Source: Squalus acanthias (taxonomy: Eukaryota). From it: 64,000 nucleotides of DNA. The translations under genes were made by a program, and so were the position numbers. The DNA lies in contig CM059433.1 in the NCBI GenBank assembly GCA_030390025.1, positions 24,306,001-24,370,000 of the forward strand, written 5' to 3'. A model generated the notes under the pieces. That model searched no databases and was not told the DNA's origin. It saw nothing but the letters and a program-made list of their open reading frames with translations. Numbering within the stretch: the first letter of the stretch is position 1; each line of letters starts with the position of its first letter. This document shows positions 1 to 12,434 of this stretch, piece after piece.

Positions 1-169
1 ATCTTTGGGGCCAATGCATTTGTCTGAGGCAAAAATCTGATGACCTCATGGGATCTCCACATGGTCCCCTGATTGAAATCCTATGGCATGGACAGAATGA
101 CACATAAACAGAGGCAAAGAGGCACAAACAGACTGAAAAAGATAGACGTACAGACAAATCAACAGTTAA

Positions 170-1240
170 CAATATGCATTTGTACAACACTTTTAAGATA
201 GGGAATGCCCCAATGCACTTTACAGAGGAGAAGAAACAGTCACGAAGCAGTAGTAATAGAAGAGCCCAAAGGCACGTTCAGAAAGACAGATTTTGAGGAG
301 GCTTTTGAAAGTGGTAGCAAAGCAAAAGGTTTAAAGGAGAAAAATTCAAAATGTAGGATCAACTCATCTGGAACCAATGATGGAACAAAGCAAGGGATGG
401 ATGCACAGGAGGCTGGAAAAGGGGAGAGACATAGGGCTGGAGGAGATTGCAAAGGAAGGGAAGGACGAAGTCGTGGGGGAATTTCTAAACAAAGATGAGG
501 ATGTTGAATTCAATGCACTGGGGAATGGAGAACCACTGGAGGTCAGTGAAGACAGGGCGACAGGTGCATAATAGGATGTGGTCAAGAGTGTTTAGGATGA
601 GTTGGGGTTTATGTAGGGTGAGCTTGGAAGGTCAGCAAGAAGATAATGGTGCGCATGAGGGTTTCACCAGTGGAGGGGTTGAGGTAAGGGTGGAGGTGGG
701 TGAGATTACAGAGCTGGAAATAGGTACTCTTGATAATGGATAGGAAATGGGCTTTTAAGCTCAGCTCAGCCAGAACAGGACACCAAGGTTCAGTCTGAAT
801 GAGCAGCTAGAGGAGTGCATGGGATTGGAGGCTAGGGTTATTGGCAGGGATCGAGTAGGATGGTTTTCATAATGGCAATATGAAGTTGAAGAAAGCTCTC
901 TGGTTCATCTGTCACTTTATGTTGGATAAAGAGTCTGACCGTATATTGATAGTATGGAGTCGTGGATGCTGGTAAAGCTGGGTGCATACATGTAGAAACT
1001 GAACCCACATCTACGGATGAATGTAGATAAATAATAGGAGGGGCAAATGTAGCCTTTGAGGCACTCTTAAGGTGACTGTGTTGGGAGGGAGGAGGAGCCA
1101 TTGCAAGAGATGTGCTGTATACGTTGGGACAGGTAGGAATCGAACCAAGCAAGAGTGGCGTCACGAAGGTGGATCATGAAGCAGAGGTGGTGGAGGAGGA
1201 TGGAGTGGTCAACTGCATCAAATGCTGCTGAGGATCATTA
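170..1240 (-). mobile_element. Degenerate L2-clade LINE, 3' part
   Basis: Minus-strand remnants of RT motifs: DLSAAFDAVDHS (~1200-1235) and GFSFYMYA..TQL (~975-1010). Heavily decayed. Confidence 0.65.
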
Positions 1241-2305
1241 CCTTTTGCCAAATAGGCACTGGTGATTAAATGTTCCAGGATAGCAAAACAGTTTCACACA
1301 ACAAAGTGTATGAGCAAGCAGAAACAAACCGCCTCCCATCGATAGATAAATGAAGCAAACCTTCACCTCAGCGCAATTGAACACTACTTAGCTAGTGGGT
1401 AGCTGCGCCATAAAACAAGAATTAGCTCACACTTCCTGATCTCACAACTGGAACTAAATAACAAAGAAGATTTCCCAAGTACTGTATTCCAACACTACAA
1501 AGGTTTTCTCTGTAGTGTTGCACGTTTAAAAACTTGTGTCGGCAACACTTTTCTACATAATGAATCTCAAATATTTTATTTTCATGTCAACGAAACACAA
1601 TTACGACAGACATTTTCTGAACATAAACTATATGGGCGAGTGGAAGAATCCATCAACAATATCTGTATTTTAATGTTTGGGCAAGCAGTCACACAACCAA
1701 CAATCTGTAATATTGTGAATGACCTAACGAGGAAGAATTTACGCAGTGTTAGCAGAGACAGAGAGCTAAGACTCCAGTGGAAGTGTTACGAGAACTTTCT
1801 TTCCTCAACTATATGCTAGGTGCAAATGATTAGTAAATTTGGTGCAAAAATCACCAGATCTCAGTGTATGTCTATGCATTTATTAAAGTACTGGGTAAAA
1901 TAAAAGTGTTCCATTTTATTGGTGATCTGATACTTTCAATGTTGATCAAAGACTTGATGCCAAAATAAACATAGAATTACAACGATCATCAAAGTGACAG
2001 CAATTTGAACCAGTACCAAGGGATCAACGAAACTCTACATTAAAACTGGTATGCTGAGAAATTTGGTACACTACATATAGTATACAGAGTATAGAAGGCG
2101 AATCAGGATGGGGAAGAAAGGTCGAGTACAGAACTCTGCATTGCCATGGCCTATTTAAGTCTTTTCTTTAACCAATCTAAGGTTGGCCAATGAATCCATA
2201 CAAAATGATGTTCAATGGTGAACGAGCTATCGTAGTTTCAAATATTACTATACCAACTTATTTGTTGGCAAAACAGGGCTCAGACTTGATGTACATGCTG
2301 CTGAC

Positions 2306-3662
2306 ATAGAAAGATAGAACAAGGGTAGACCATTTAGCCCCTTGAGCCTGTTCTGAAATTCATGGTTGATCTGTATCTCAACTCCAGTTATCCACCTTTG
2401 CTCCATATCCCTGGATGCCCTTACCTAACAAAATCCTATCGAACAGTCTTGAAATTTCAATTGATCCAGCATCTATGCACTTTTGGACGAGAGAGTTCCA
2501 GATTTCTACTACTGTGTAAAAAAAATGCTTCCTGATTTCACTCCTACATGATCTAGCTTTAATTTTAAAATTGTGCCCCCTTGTTTTGAATTTCCCCTTT
2601 CTCTGTATTTACCCTATCAAATCCTTTGATAATTTTAAACACCTCGATTAGATCACCCCTCAACCTTCTAAACTCAAGGGAATACAAGCCACGTTTATGC
2701 AACCTGTCCTCATAATTTAACTCCTTCAGCCCAGTATCATTCTAGTGAATCTATGCTGCACCACCTCCATGACCAGTATATCCTTCCTGAGGTACGTCAT
2801 TCCAAAACTGAATGCACTATTCCAGCTGGGATCTGACCAAGGCTCTGTACAACTGAAGTATAATTTCCAACCTTTTGTATTCCAGCCTCCTTGAGATAAA
2901 GACCAACATTTCATTAACTTAGTTTCCCTGATTACTTTTTGTAACTGTCCACGCTTTTTAGTGATTTGTGTACCTGGACAAACAAATCTATTTGCCCCTC
3001 CGCATTACCTAGTCTCTCGCCATTAAGAAAATATTCTGATTTGTCTTTCTTGGATCCAAAGTGGATGAACTCACACTTCCCCATATTGAACTACATCTGC
3101 CACAGTTTTTCCCACTAATTAAAACTATCCCTTTGTAACTTCCTACTCCCATCTACACAACTTACTGTGACTCCTAACTTAGTGTCATCTGCAAACTTGG
3201 ATATGTAACTCTCTACTCCTGCATCCAAGTCATTGATATATATGGTGAAAAATTGAGGCCCCAATACAGATCCCTGGGGAAGACCATTTGTCACATTTCG
3301 CCAATCAGAGTACATTCCCTTTATCCTGACTCTCTGTCTCCTACCTCCCAACCAATTATTAACCCAGGTCACAAAGTTACCTCCAATTCCATGTGCTTTT
3401 AGTCTTGCGAATAATCTCTTGTGCAGAACATTATCAAATGCCTTCTGAAAGTCCATATAGAAAACATCCATAGACACTTCCCTATCCACCATGTTTGAGA
3501 CCTCCTCAAAGGATTCAACTAGGTTTGTCCAACATGACCTACCCTTCACAAATTCTTGCTGATTCGTTTCGATCAGCTCATACTTGTCTAAGTGTTCAGT
3601 CATCCTGTCCCTGATGATAGATTCCAGTAACTTCTCCACAACTGATGTTAAACTGATAGGTC
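2306..3662 (-). mobile_element. CR1 (HER1-like) LINE, 5'-truncated RT fragment with 3' tail
   Basis: ORF 3115-3696 contains RPISLTSVV, YMDFQKAFD, PQGSVLGP and FADDTKLG; CR1-type tail near 2306-2380. Confidence 0.9.
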
Positions 3663-3700
3663 TATTGAATCTGCACTGTACCGCCTCCATGGCCAATATA

Positions 3701-5194
3701 TGACTTGTGCTCCAGAACTAGCCGCGCCTCTAGCCAAGCTGTTCCAGTGCAGCTACAACACTGGCATCTACCCAACAATGTGGAAAACTGCCCAGGTATG
3801 TCCTGTCCACAAAAAGCAGGACATATCCAATCCGGCCAATTACCGCCCCATAAGTCTACTCTCAATCATCTGCAAAGTGATGGAAGGTGTCATCGACAGT
3901 GCTATCAAGCAGAACTTACTCACCAATAACCTGCTCAACGATGCTCAGTTTGGGTTCCGCCAGGACCACTCAGCTCCAGACCTCATTACAGCTTTGGTCC
4001 AAACATGGACAAAAGAGCTGAAGTCCAGAGGTGAGGCGAGAGTGACTGCCCTTGACATCAAGGCATCATTTGACCGAGTGTGGCATCAAGGAGCCCTAGT
4101 AAAATTGAAGTCAATGGGAATCAGGGGGAAAACTCTCCACTGGCTGGAGTCATACCTAGCACAAAGGAAGATGGTTGTAGTTGTTGGAGGTCAATCATCT
4201 CAGCCCCAGAACATCGCTGCAGGAGTTCCTCAGGGCAGTGTCCTGGGCCCAACCATCTTCAGCTGCTTCATCAATGACTTTCCCTCCATCATAAGGTCAG
4301 AAGTGGGGATGTTCGCTGATGATTGCACAGTGTTCAGTTCACAACTCCTCAGATAATGAAGCAGTCCATGCCCGAATGCAGCAAGACCTGGATGACATTC
4401 AGGCTTGGGCTCATGAGTGGCAAGTAACATTCACGCCACACAAGTGCCAGGCAATGACTATCTCCAACAAGCGACAGTCTAACCACCTCCCCTTGACATT
4501 CAACGGCATTACCATCGCCGAATCCCCCACTATCAACATCCTGGGGGGTCACCATTGACCAGAAACTTAACTGGACCAGCCACATAAATACTGTGGCTAC
4601 AAGAGCAGGTCAGAGGCTAGGTATTCTGCGGCGAGTGTCTCACCTCCTGACTCCCCAAAGTTTTTCTACCATCTACAAGGCACACGTTAGGAGTGTGATG
4701 GAATACTCTCCACTTGCCTGGATGAGTGCAGCTCCAACAACACTCAAGAAGTTCGACACCATCCAGGACAAAGCAGCCCGCTTGATTGGCACCCCCTCTA
4801 CCACCTTAAACATTCACTCCCTCCACCACCGGCGCAATGTGTCTGCAATGTGTACCATCTCTACCAATGCTTCTTCGGCAGCACCTCCCAAACCCGCGAC
4901 CTCTACCACCTAGAAGGACAAGGGCAGCAGGCGCATGGGAACACCATCAACTGCAAGTTCCCCTCCAAGTTACACACCATCCTGACTTGGAAATATATCG
5001 CTGTTCCTTCATCGTCACTGGGTCAAAATTCTGGAACACCCTCCCTAACAGCACTGTCGGAGTACCTTCACCACAAGGACTGCAGCAGTTCAAGAAGGCG
5101 GCTCACCACCACCTTCTCAAGGGCAATTAGGGATGGGCAATAAATGCTTGTCTTGCCAGCGATGCCCACATCCCAGGAATGAATTTAAAAAAAA
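3701..5194 (+). mobile_element. Second CR1-group LINE family (here family B), 5'-truncated
   Basis: RT motifs NYRPISLL, LDIKASFDRVWH, GVPQGSVLGP and MFADD; frameshifted C-terminus; 3' end gggcaataaatg...gaatgaatttaaaaaaaaa. It splits a small CR1 fragment (3666-3700 continues at 5195-5240). Confidence 0.9.
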
Positions 5195-6775
5195 TCCTTC
5201 CTGAGGTTCGGTGCCCAAAACTGTAAGCAGTGCTCCAGATGATCAAAATCTATACTAAAAGCACACTGCATATTCCAAAAGCTCTTAAATGCATTTGTAA
5301 TTACTCTTTGGATAAAGAATACGAAACTGAAAAATCAAAATTTTCACTGGTTCAATGATCTGATCATTTTTGATCAGGACCAGCAGAAAATATTACTTCA
5401 CTGATCCTAAGTACCAGGGGAGAACTATACAGGTTTCCAACTACATGAACTATTCTGCTTAGAAATATTTATTATTCTAACTAATTTGTGCCAGAATACT
5501 GATGCAAAGATATCGACTGAAAATTGAACTGGAAGAGGAGCACAGAATTAAATTTGGAATACTTAGGAATTTAATAAAAAAGGGATTATTTTGGCGGGGG
5601 TGGGGGGGGTGGGGGGCACACACAAATATCCAGAAAACTACCAGAAGAAAAACTGCCCCTAACTTGTATCATTATCGTAACTGAACTCAGGACTAGTAGT
5701 TTACTATTCCTATTCAACCAGTTGCCAGAACTAAAACTTTTTGACATTTGGGTATTTGCTGCAGTACGACCACAGATCCTAACTGTCTCGGATGTTCCGG
5801 GACCATCCCTAAATTTCCTTAATAACCTTGAACCCTGGATCAGACCAGTTTTGCCCCCTCTAATAGAAGCCAACATTGATTTTTTTTAAATACACTGTGC
5901 CTGTGCCAAAACAAAGCTTTATCCCTGGTTCATACCAACCTTGGCACAAAATGTTTCACCTACAGTCAGAAAGTTATCTTGACTATGTACAGTATTTGGA
6001 TGGAAAATGTTGTCTCGTCATAGTGGGAGGAATGTCAGTTCTAGCAGTATCCTTGAGAAGGGTTGAAAGTTTGCTACTATTGTACCTTCATATAACATGA
6101 AAAACTTTGCACACCACACACTACTGCAATTTTTAAAAACTCTTCAAATGTTGCCTTATTTTTTTTTACTAATTTTGCAGCATCTCAAATCGTGTATAGT
6201 TATATCCATATCTCAGAAACACTAAACGTTGCCAGATTAACGTTTAGGTGCCACTTAAATATTAAATCGCAACATAAACTAGAAGGTCATCAAAATGATT
6301 GCGAATGAATCAGGTTAAAATGGGGGGCGCGGGGTGGGGGGGTGAGAGCAAGCCCCGAGAGAGAGAGAAAAGGTGCAAAATGCTTTTCTCCGCCAGAGTA
6401 ACAAAGGCAAATATATTGCAGAAGCACTGCTTTGTGTACAATCAGTGCAAAGAAGGCTTTTTATAAAGCCTCTCTGGACATCAGGCGGAAAACAAAGCGC
6501 AAATCCAAAAAACACATATACTTGTCTCTACGATTGAAATGCAAATTATATAAAGCATATATAGAGAGTGCTGGAGATTGCACGCTGCCCGGAATTGTTG
6601 CACACACGGTCCGTGCTACAACCCGGACCAGTCACCGCCAAACTGCATTTAACATCACTCCCACTGAGTCACCTTCTTGTGGAACAACACAAAATAACAT
6701 TTTATACACATATAAATATATATATATTAAGTAGCTGAACTCACAAGAACCTTAATGTAGCAATGCCTCACTCAC

Positions 6776-6950
6776 CTCGCGAAAAATAAAAATCCTGACA
6801 GCAGAAGTGAAAAAAAAAAGAAACGCTCCTCCTCTCAGAGAGAAGCGGCGCCCAGAGACTGGACTTCAGCTCCCTCTCTCAGCCTGACAACCCACTGCAG
6901 AAAGGAGAGAGAGAGAGAGAGAGATGACAGGACCAGGGCACAGGGAAAGG
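6776..6950 (-). other. Candidate non-coding first exon of a gene running off the left edge (by synteny probably ELOVL5)
   Basis: Consensus donor GAG|GTGAGT at 6776/6775; TATAAA about 30 nt upstream of a pyrimidine-rich start; TE-free context. Identity is inferred only from the conserved vertebrate GCLC-ELOVL5 order and orientation. Confidence 0.5.
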
Positions 6951-6969
6951 AGCAACATGTGATTGAGTT

Positions 6970-7025
6970 TCTGCTTTATAGTCCTAGCAACGTCACATCA
7001 CACCTCGCAACTAACCACAGATAGT
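6970..7025 (-). promoter_or_regulatory. Core promoter: TATA box, CRE-like half site, SRE-like element
   Basis: Minus-strand TATAAA at 6980-6975; TGACGT at 6995-6990; ATCACACCTC at 6997-7006 resembles the SREBP site ATCACCCCAC. Confidence 0.5.
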
Positions 7026-7030
7026 GCCCG

Positions 7031-10000
7031 TCTTACCCTTCTCCCTCCCTCCTCTCTCTCTCTCTCACCTCCCTCTCTCTCTCCCTCCTTCTCTCACCCT
7101 CTCTCTCCCTCCCTCTTTCTCTCTCCCTCCCTCTTGCTCCCTCCTACCCTCTCCCTCTCTCCTTTCCTCCCTCCCTCCCTCTTGCTCCCTCCCTCCCTCT
7201 CCCTCCCTCTCGCTCCCTCTCCCTCCCTCTTGCTCCCTCCTACCCTCTCCCTCCCTCCCTCTCCCTCCCTCTCGCTCCCTCTCCCTCCCTCTTGCTCCCT
7301 CCTACCCTCTCCCTCCCTCCCTCTCCCTCCCTCTCGCTCCCTCCCTCTCACTCTCCCTCTCTCTCTCCCTCTCTCTCTCTCTCCCTCCCTCTTGCTCCCT
7401 CCTACCCTCTCCCTCCCTCTCGCACTCCCTCACTTCCTCTCTCTCACCCTCCCTGTCTCTCGCCCTCTCTCCCTCCCTCTGTCTTGCCCTCCCTCCCTCT
7501 CTCCTCCCTCCCTCTCTTGCCCTCCTTCCCTCCCTCTCTCGCCCTCCTTCCCTCCCTCTCCCTCCCTCCTCTCGCCCCTCACTCCCTCCCTCTCTCGCCC
7601 TCCCTCCCTCCCTCTTTTCCCTCCCACCCTCTCCCTCCCTCCCCCCCTCTCTCGCCCTCCCTCCCTCTCTCGCCCTCCCTCCCTCTCTCGCTCCCCTCTC
7701 CCTCCCTCCCTCTCTCGTCCCTCCTCTCTCTTCTCTCTCCTCCCTCTCTTCCCTCTCTCTCGCCTCCTTCCCTCCCTCTCCCTCCCTCTCTCCCTCCTCC
7801 CCCCTCTCCCTCCCCCTCTCTCGCCCTCCCCCTCCCCCCTCTCTCGCACTCCCTCCCCCCTCTCCTCCCACTCACCCCCCCCCTCTCTCGCCCTCCCCTC
7901 CCTCTTTCCTCTCCCTCCCCTCCCTCCCTCCCTCTCTCTTCCCTCCCTCCCTCTCTTTCCCTCCCTCTCTTTCCCTCCCTCCCTCCCTCTCTTTCTCTCC
8001 CCCCTCCCTCTCTTTCCCTCCCTTTTTCCCTCCCTCCCTCTCTTTCCTCCCTCCCTCCCTCTCTTTCCCTCCCTCTCTTTCCCTCCCTCCCTCCCTCCCT
8101 CCCTCTCTTTCCTCCCTCCCTCCCTCTCTTTCCCTCCCTCCCTCCCTCCCTCCCTCTCTTTCTCTCCTCCCTCCCTCCCTCCCTCTCTTTCCCTCCCTCC
8201 CTCCCTCCCTCTCTTTCCCTCCCTCCCTCTCCCTCCCTCCCTCTCTTTCCCTCCTCCCTCCCTCCCTCTCTTTCCCTCCCTCCCTCCCTCCCTCTCTTTC
8301 CCTCCCTTCCCTCCCTCCCTCCCTCTCTTTCCCTCCCTCCCTCCCTCTCTTTCCCTCCCTCCCTCCCTCTCTTTCCCTCCCTCCCTCCTCCTCCCTCCTC
8401 TCTCTTCCCTCCCTCCCTCCCTCCCTCCCTCCCTCTCTTTCCCTCCCTCCCTCTCTTTCTCTCCCTCCCTCCCTCTCTTTCTCCTCCCTCCCTCCCTCTC
8501 TTTCCTCCCTCCCTCCCTCTCTTTCCCTCCCTCCCTCTCTTTTCCTCCCTCCCTCCCTCTCTCCCTCCCTCTCTCCCTCCCTCTCTCTCCCTCCCCCTCT
8601 CTCTCTCTCCCCCCTCTCTCCCTCCCTCCCCCTCTCTCTCCCTCCCTCCTCTCTCTCTCCCCTCTCTCCCTCCCTCCCCCTCTCTCTCTCCCTCCCTCTC
8701 CCTCTCCCTCCCTCCCCCTCTCTCCCTCCCTCCCTCCCCCCTCTCTCCCTCCCTCCCTCCCCCTCTCTCTCACCCTCCCTCTCTCTCTCACCCTCCCTCC
8801 CTCTCTCTGTCGCCCTCCGTCCCTCTCTCTCTCACCCTCCCTCCCTCTCTCTCTCCCTCCCTCCCTCCCTCCCTCTCTCTCTCCCTCCCTCCCTCTCTCT
8901 CTCCCTCCCTCCCTCTCTCTCTCCCTCCCTCCCTCCCTCTCTCTCTGTCTTTTCCTCTCTCCCCCTCTTTCTCTCCCTCTCTCTACCTCTTTCTCTCTCT
9001 CTCTCCCCCTCTTTCTCTCCCTCTTTCTCTCCCTCCCTCTCTCTCTCCTCCCCCCTCCCTCTCTCTCCCCTCCCTCTCTCCCTCTCTCCCCCCTCCCTCT
9101 CTCCCCCTCCCCTCCCTCTCTCCCTCTCCCTCCCCCCCTCCCTCTCTCCCCCCCTCCCTCTCTCCCTCCCTCCCTCCCTCCCTCTCACCCTCCACCCCTC
9201 TCTCCCTCCCTCCCTCTCTCTCCCCCCCTCCTCCCCTCCCTCTCTCTCCCCCCTCCCTCCCTCTCTCCCCCCCCTCCCTCCCTCTCTCTCCCCCCCCCTC
9301 CCTCTCCCTCTCTCTCCCCCCCCCTCCCTCCCTCTCTCCCCCCCTCCCTCCCTCTCTCTCCCCCCTCCCTCCCTCTCTCCCCCCCCTCCCTCCCCTCTCC
9401 CCCCCTCCCTCCCTCTCTCTCCCTCCCTCTCTCCCTCCCCCCCTCCCCCTCCCTCCCCCCCTCCCCCTCCCTCCCTCCCCTCTCCTCCCTCCCCCCTCCC
9501 TCCCTCTCCCTCCCTCCCTCCCCCTCCCTCCCTCTCCCTCCCTCCCTCCCTCTCCCTCCCCTCCCTCCCCCTCCCTCCCTCTCCCTCCCTCTCTCTCTCC
9601 CTCCCTCCCTCACTCTCTCTCCCTCCGTCTTTTCCTCTCTCTCCCCCTCTTTCTCTCCCTCTCTCTACCTCTTTCTCTCTCTCATCTCGCCCCTCTTCTC
9701 TCCCTCTCTCTACCTTCTTTCTCATCCTCCTCTCCCTCTCTCTGTCCCGCCTCTCCTCCCTCTCTTCCCCCTCCCTCCTCCCTCCCCCTCCCTCCCATCC
9801 TCCCCCTCCCTCCTCCCTCGCCCCTCCTCCCTCTCTCTCTCCCTCTCCCTCCCTCTCTCTCCCATCCCTCCCTCTCTCTCCCCCCCTCCTCCTCGTCTCT
9901 CCCCGCTCTCCCTCCCTCTCTCTCCCCCTCCTCACCTCTCTCTTCCCCTTCCCTCCCTCTCTCTTCCCCCTCCCTCCCTCTCTCTCCTCCCTCCCTCCCT

Positions 10001-10939
10001 CTCTCTCCCCTCCTCACCTCTCTCTCCCCCTCCCTCCTCTCTCACCCTCCCTCCTCTTCTCCCCTCCCTCCCTCACTCTCCCTCCCTTCTCTCCCTCTCT
10101 CTCCTCTCTCCTCTCTCTCTCTTCCCTATCTTTTCCTATCTTCCCCCTCTTTCTCTCCCACTCTCTCCTTTCTCTCTCTCTCTCCCCTCTTTCTCTCCCT
10201 CTCTCTACCTCTTTCTCTCCCTCTCTTACCTCTTTCTCTCCCTCCCCCCTCCTCCTCTCCCTCCCCCTCCCTCCCTCTCTCTCCCCCTCCTCCTCTCTCT
10301 CCCCCCTCCCTCCCTCTCCTCTCCCCCCCTCCCTCCCTCCCTTCCCCCCTCCCTCCCTCCTCTCTCCCCCCTCCTCCCTCCCTCTCCCCCCTCCTCCCTC
10401 GCCTCTCCCCTCCACTCCCTCTCTCTTCCCCCCCTCCCCTCCCTCCTCTCTCTCCCCCCCTCCCTCCCTCTCTCTCTCCCCCCTCCCTCCCCTCTCTCTC
10501 TCCCCCCTCCCCTCCCTCTCTCTCTCCCCCCTCCCTCCCTCTCTCTCTCCCCCCCTCCCTCCCCTCTCTCTCTCCCCCCCCCCCTCCCTCCTCTCTCTCT
10601 CCCCCCCCCTCCCTCCCTCTCTCTCTCCCCCCCTCCCTCCCCTCTCTCTCTCCCCCCCTCCCTCCCTCTCTCTCTCCCCCCCCCTCCCTCCCTCTCTCTC
10701 TCCCCCCCCTCCCTCCCTCTCTCTCTCCCCCCCCTCCCTCCCTCTCTCTCTCCCCCCCCCTCTCTCCCTCTCTCTCTCCCCCCCCCCCTCTCTCCCTCCC
10801 TCCCTCTCTCCCTCCCCTCCCTCTCTCCCCCCCCCCCTCCTCTCTCCCCCCCCCCCTCCCTCCTCTCTCCCCCCCCCCTCCCTCTCTCTCCCCCCCCCCT
10901 CCCTCTCTCCTCCCTCTCTCTCTCACTCCCTCTCTCTCT
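7031..10939. repeat. ~3.9-kb polypyrimidine/polypurine low-complexity tract ((CT)n, (CCCT)n and variants)
   Basis: The plus strand is almost exclusively C/T. It contains internally repeated words such as ctcttgctccctcctaccctctccc and ctctctacctctttctctc. Confidence 0.97.
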
Positions 10940-11399
10940 GGTCAGACCTATTGACCCTCCGCCTGGCCGGCTTGAGTCACTTGGAGAAGGGGCAGAGAGC
11001 GCCTCAAAGCCGAGCCTGGCGGGGGGACTGTAGACACCTCCCGGCCGCCGAGGGAGCCGGCGCCCCGCAACCTTTACACCAGATAGTTGGATAAATCTGT
11101 TATCATTCAATGTTTCGAATGTCATAAATGTTAAATGCAGCCGCTCCAACAGCACGGTGCACGGCCTGATTTATCCCACCATTGCCATTGCAACTCAGTT
11201 GTTACCAGGGAAACAATTTTTTTGTGTTGCAGACCCAGCCTCAAAATAACTGAAGATAAATCCCACGAATGTATGGAGCGATTGCAGAGTTTTGTATGAT
11301 CGTATGTTTTGCTTCTGGTGTTTAATGTATATATATATATTCCCTCAATGTACACACACACACAAAGCTGCTGCACACTGAGCTCTGGTGGATAGTTAC

Positions 11400-11495
11400 T
11401 GTCAGTCCAATGCTCCTCTCTCCTCCCCTCTCCTCTCCAGAGCTCAGCCCTGCTCACGCCACTCATCTGGCGGCTCCTGGCGCCAATCAGGACTC
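11400..11495. promoter_or_regulatory. Candidate SREBP/NF-Y enhancer module
   Basis: CCAAT at 11407-11411, CTCACGCCAC (SRE-like) at 11453-11462, and GCCAATCAG with CCAAT at 11483-11487, 20 bp from the SRE. Confidence 0.4.
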
Positions 11496-12023
11496 GGTAA
11501 ACCTGCACCAAGAGGGAGGAGTGTTGAACGAGCAGCAGGAGCAGTGCTAGATCACAGGGACCAGCTGGGAAGAGCAAATGTAAATACTGTACTGTGCTCT
11601 GTTCCAGCTTGGTCTCAAGGCTCTTTCAGGGACAAAAAATATTAAACTGTCATTTATACTGTTTACATAAAATCTTGTGCACTTTTTAAATGTTTCCTTA
11701 TGTGGTTATTTTCTGTTCCCCCCTACCCATTTAAAATTCTCTCCAGTACCAAATCATCACGCCCCTAATTGAGAGGTCCCACTGCCCTATACAAAATAGG
11801 ATCTCCACCGATGCTACTCTTGAACAGACTACCAAGTGCTCCGAATGTATAAGAGCAATACGCATTTAAATTATTCTTCTGCCACAGTATGAAAAAGCCT
11901 TCTGCCACCATATGACAGCATGTCCAAGATCAAAAGTCCCCTATGTGGAGAGTTATTGGCAAGAGTGCAATGGAACTCACCTTGGTGGCCCCTTTCTGAG
12001 CACGCGGCCACTTTAAAAACATT

Positions 12024-12431
12024 CGGCCAGGTTTTGCTGACAAAATAACGGTGAAGCTAATGGCGTTTGCCGTAATTTATGCGCAAATGATACAGTAACT
12101 TCAGGCGAGGAGCAGACGCGCGGTTAAATGCGAATATCCAGAAGTTGCTGTCCAAGCTGCACCGCTCCACCGTTAGCTTCGCAAAAACAGCATCTGGCTG
12201 TCTGGCTCACCGTTGACATGCATTGAATGTCACGAAGTTGCTGTATTTGTGTGGTAGATATACAGGGCTAGTAATTACAAGTGTAAGCACCCTTTTAACG
12301 ATGTGATAAGTATTAATGACTGCCAATTAACCTCTCTGGCACCGAAAAATAACTATTACCAGTGTGTAGTCTCATTCCTTCAGGTTTTAAATTGTATACA
12401 GAGATATTAAAAATGTCATATTTTAAAATTT
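12024..12431. mobile_element. Partial MITE related to the 50475-51209 element (opposite orientation)
   Basis: 12024-12150 aligns by eye with the reverse complement of 51075-51209 (gcgtttgccgtaatt, aatgcgaatatccagaagttgctgtc). Confidence 0.55.
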
Positions 12432-12434
12432 TAA

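Noticed and set aside
10970..10980. Antioxidant response element near GCLC
   Set aside because: TGACTCAAGC does not fit the TGACnnnGC spacing (AP-1 core only), and it is far from the GCLC promoter.
6963..11155. Very long ORFs (1356, 1356 and 1220 aa Pro/Ser/Leu-rich; Arg/Glu/Gly-rich on the minus strand)
   Set aside because: Artefacts of the C/T-only tract, which cannot form stop codons. All frames are open and there is no domain content.
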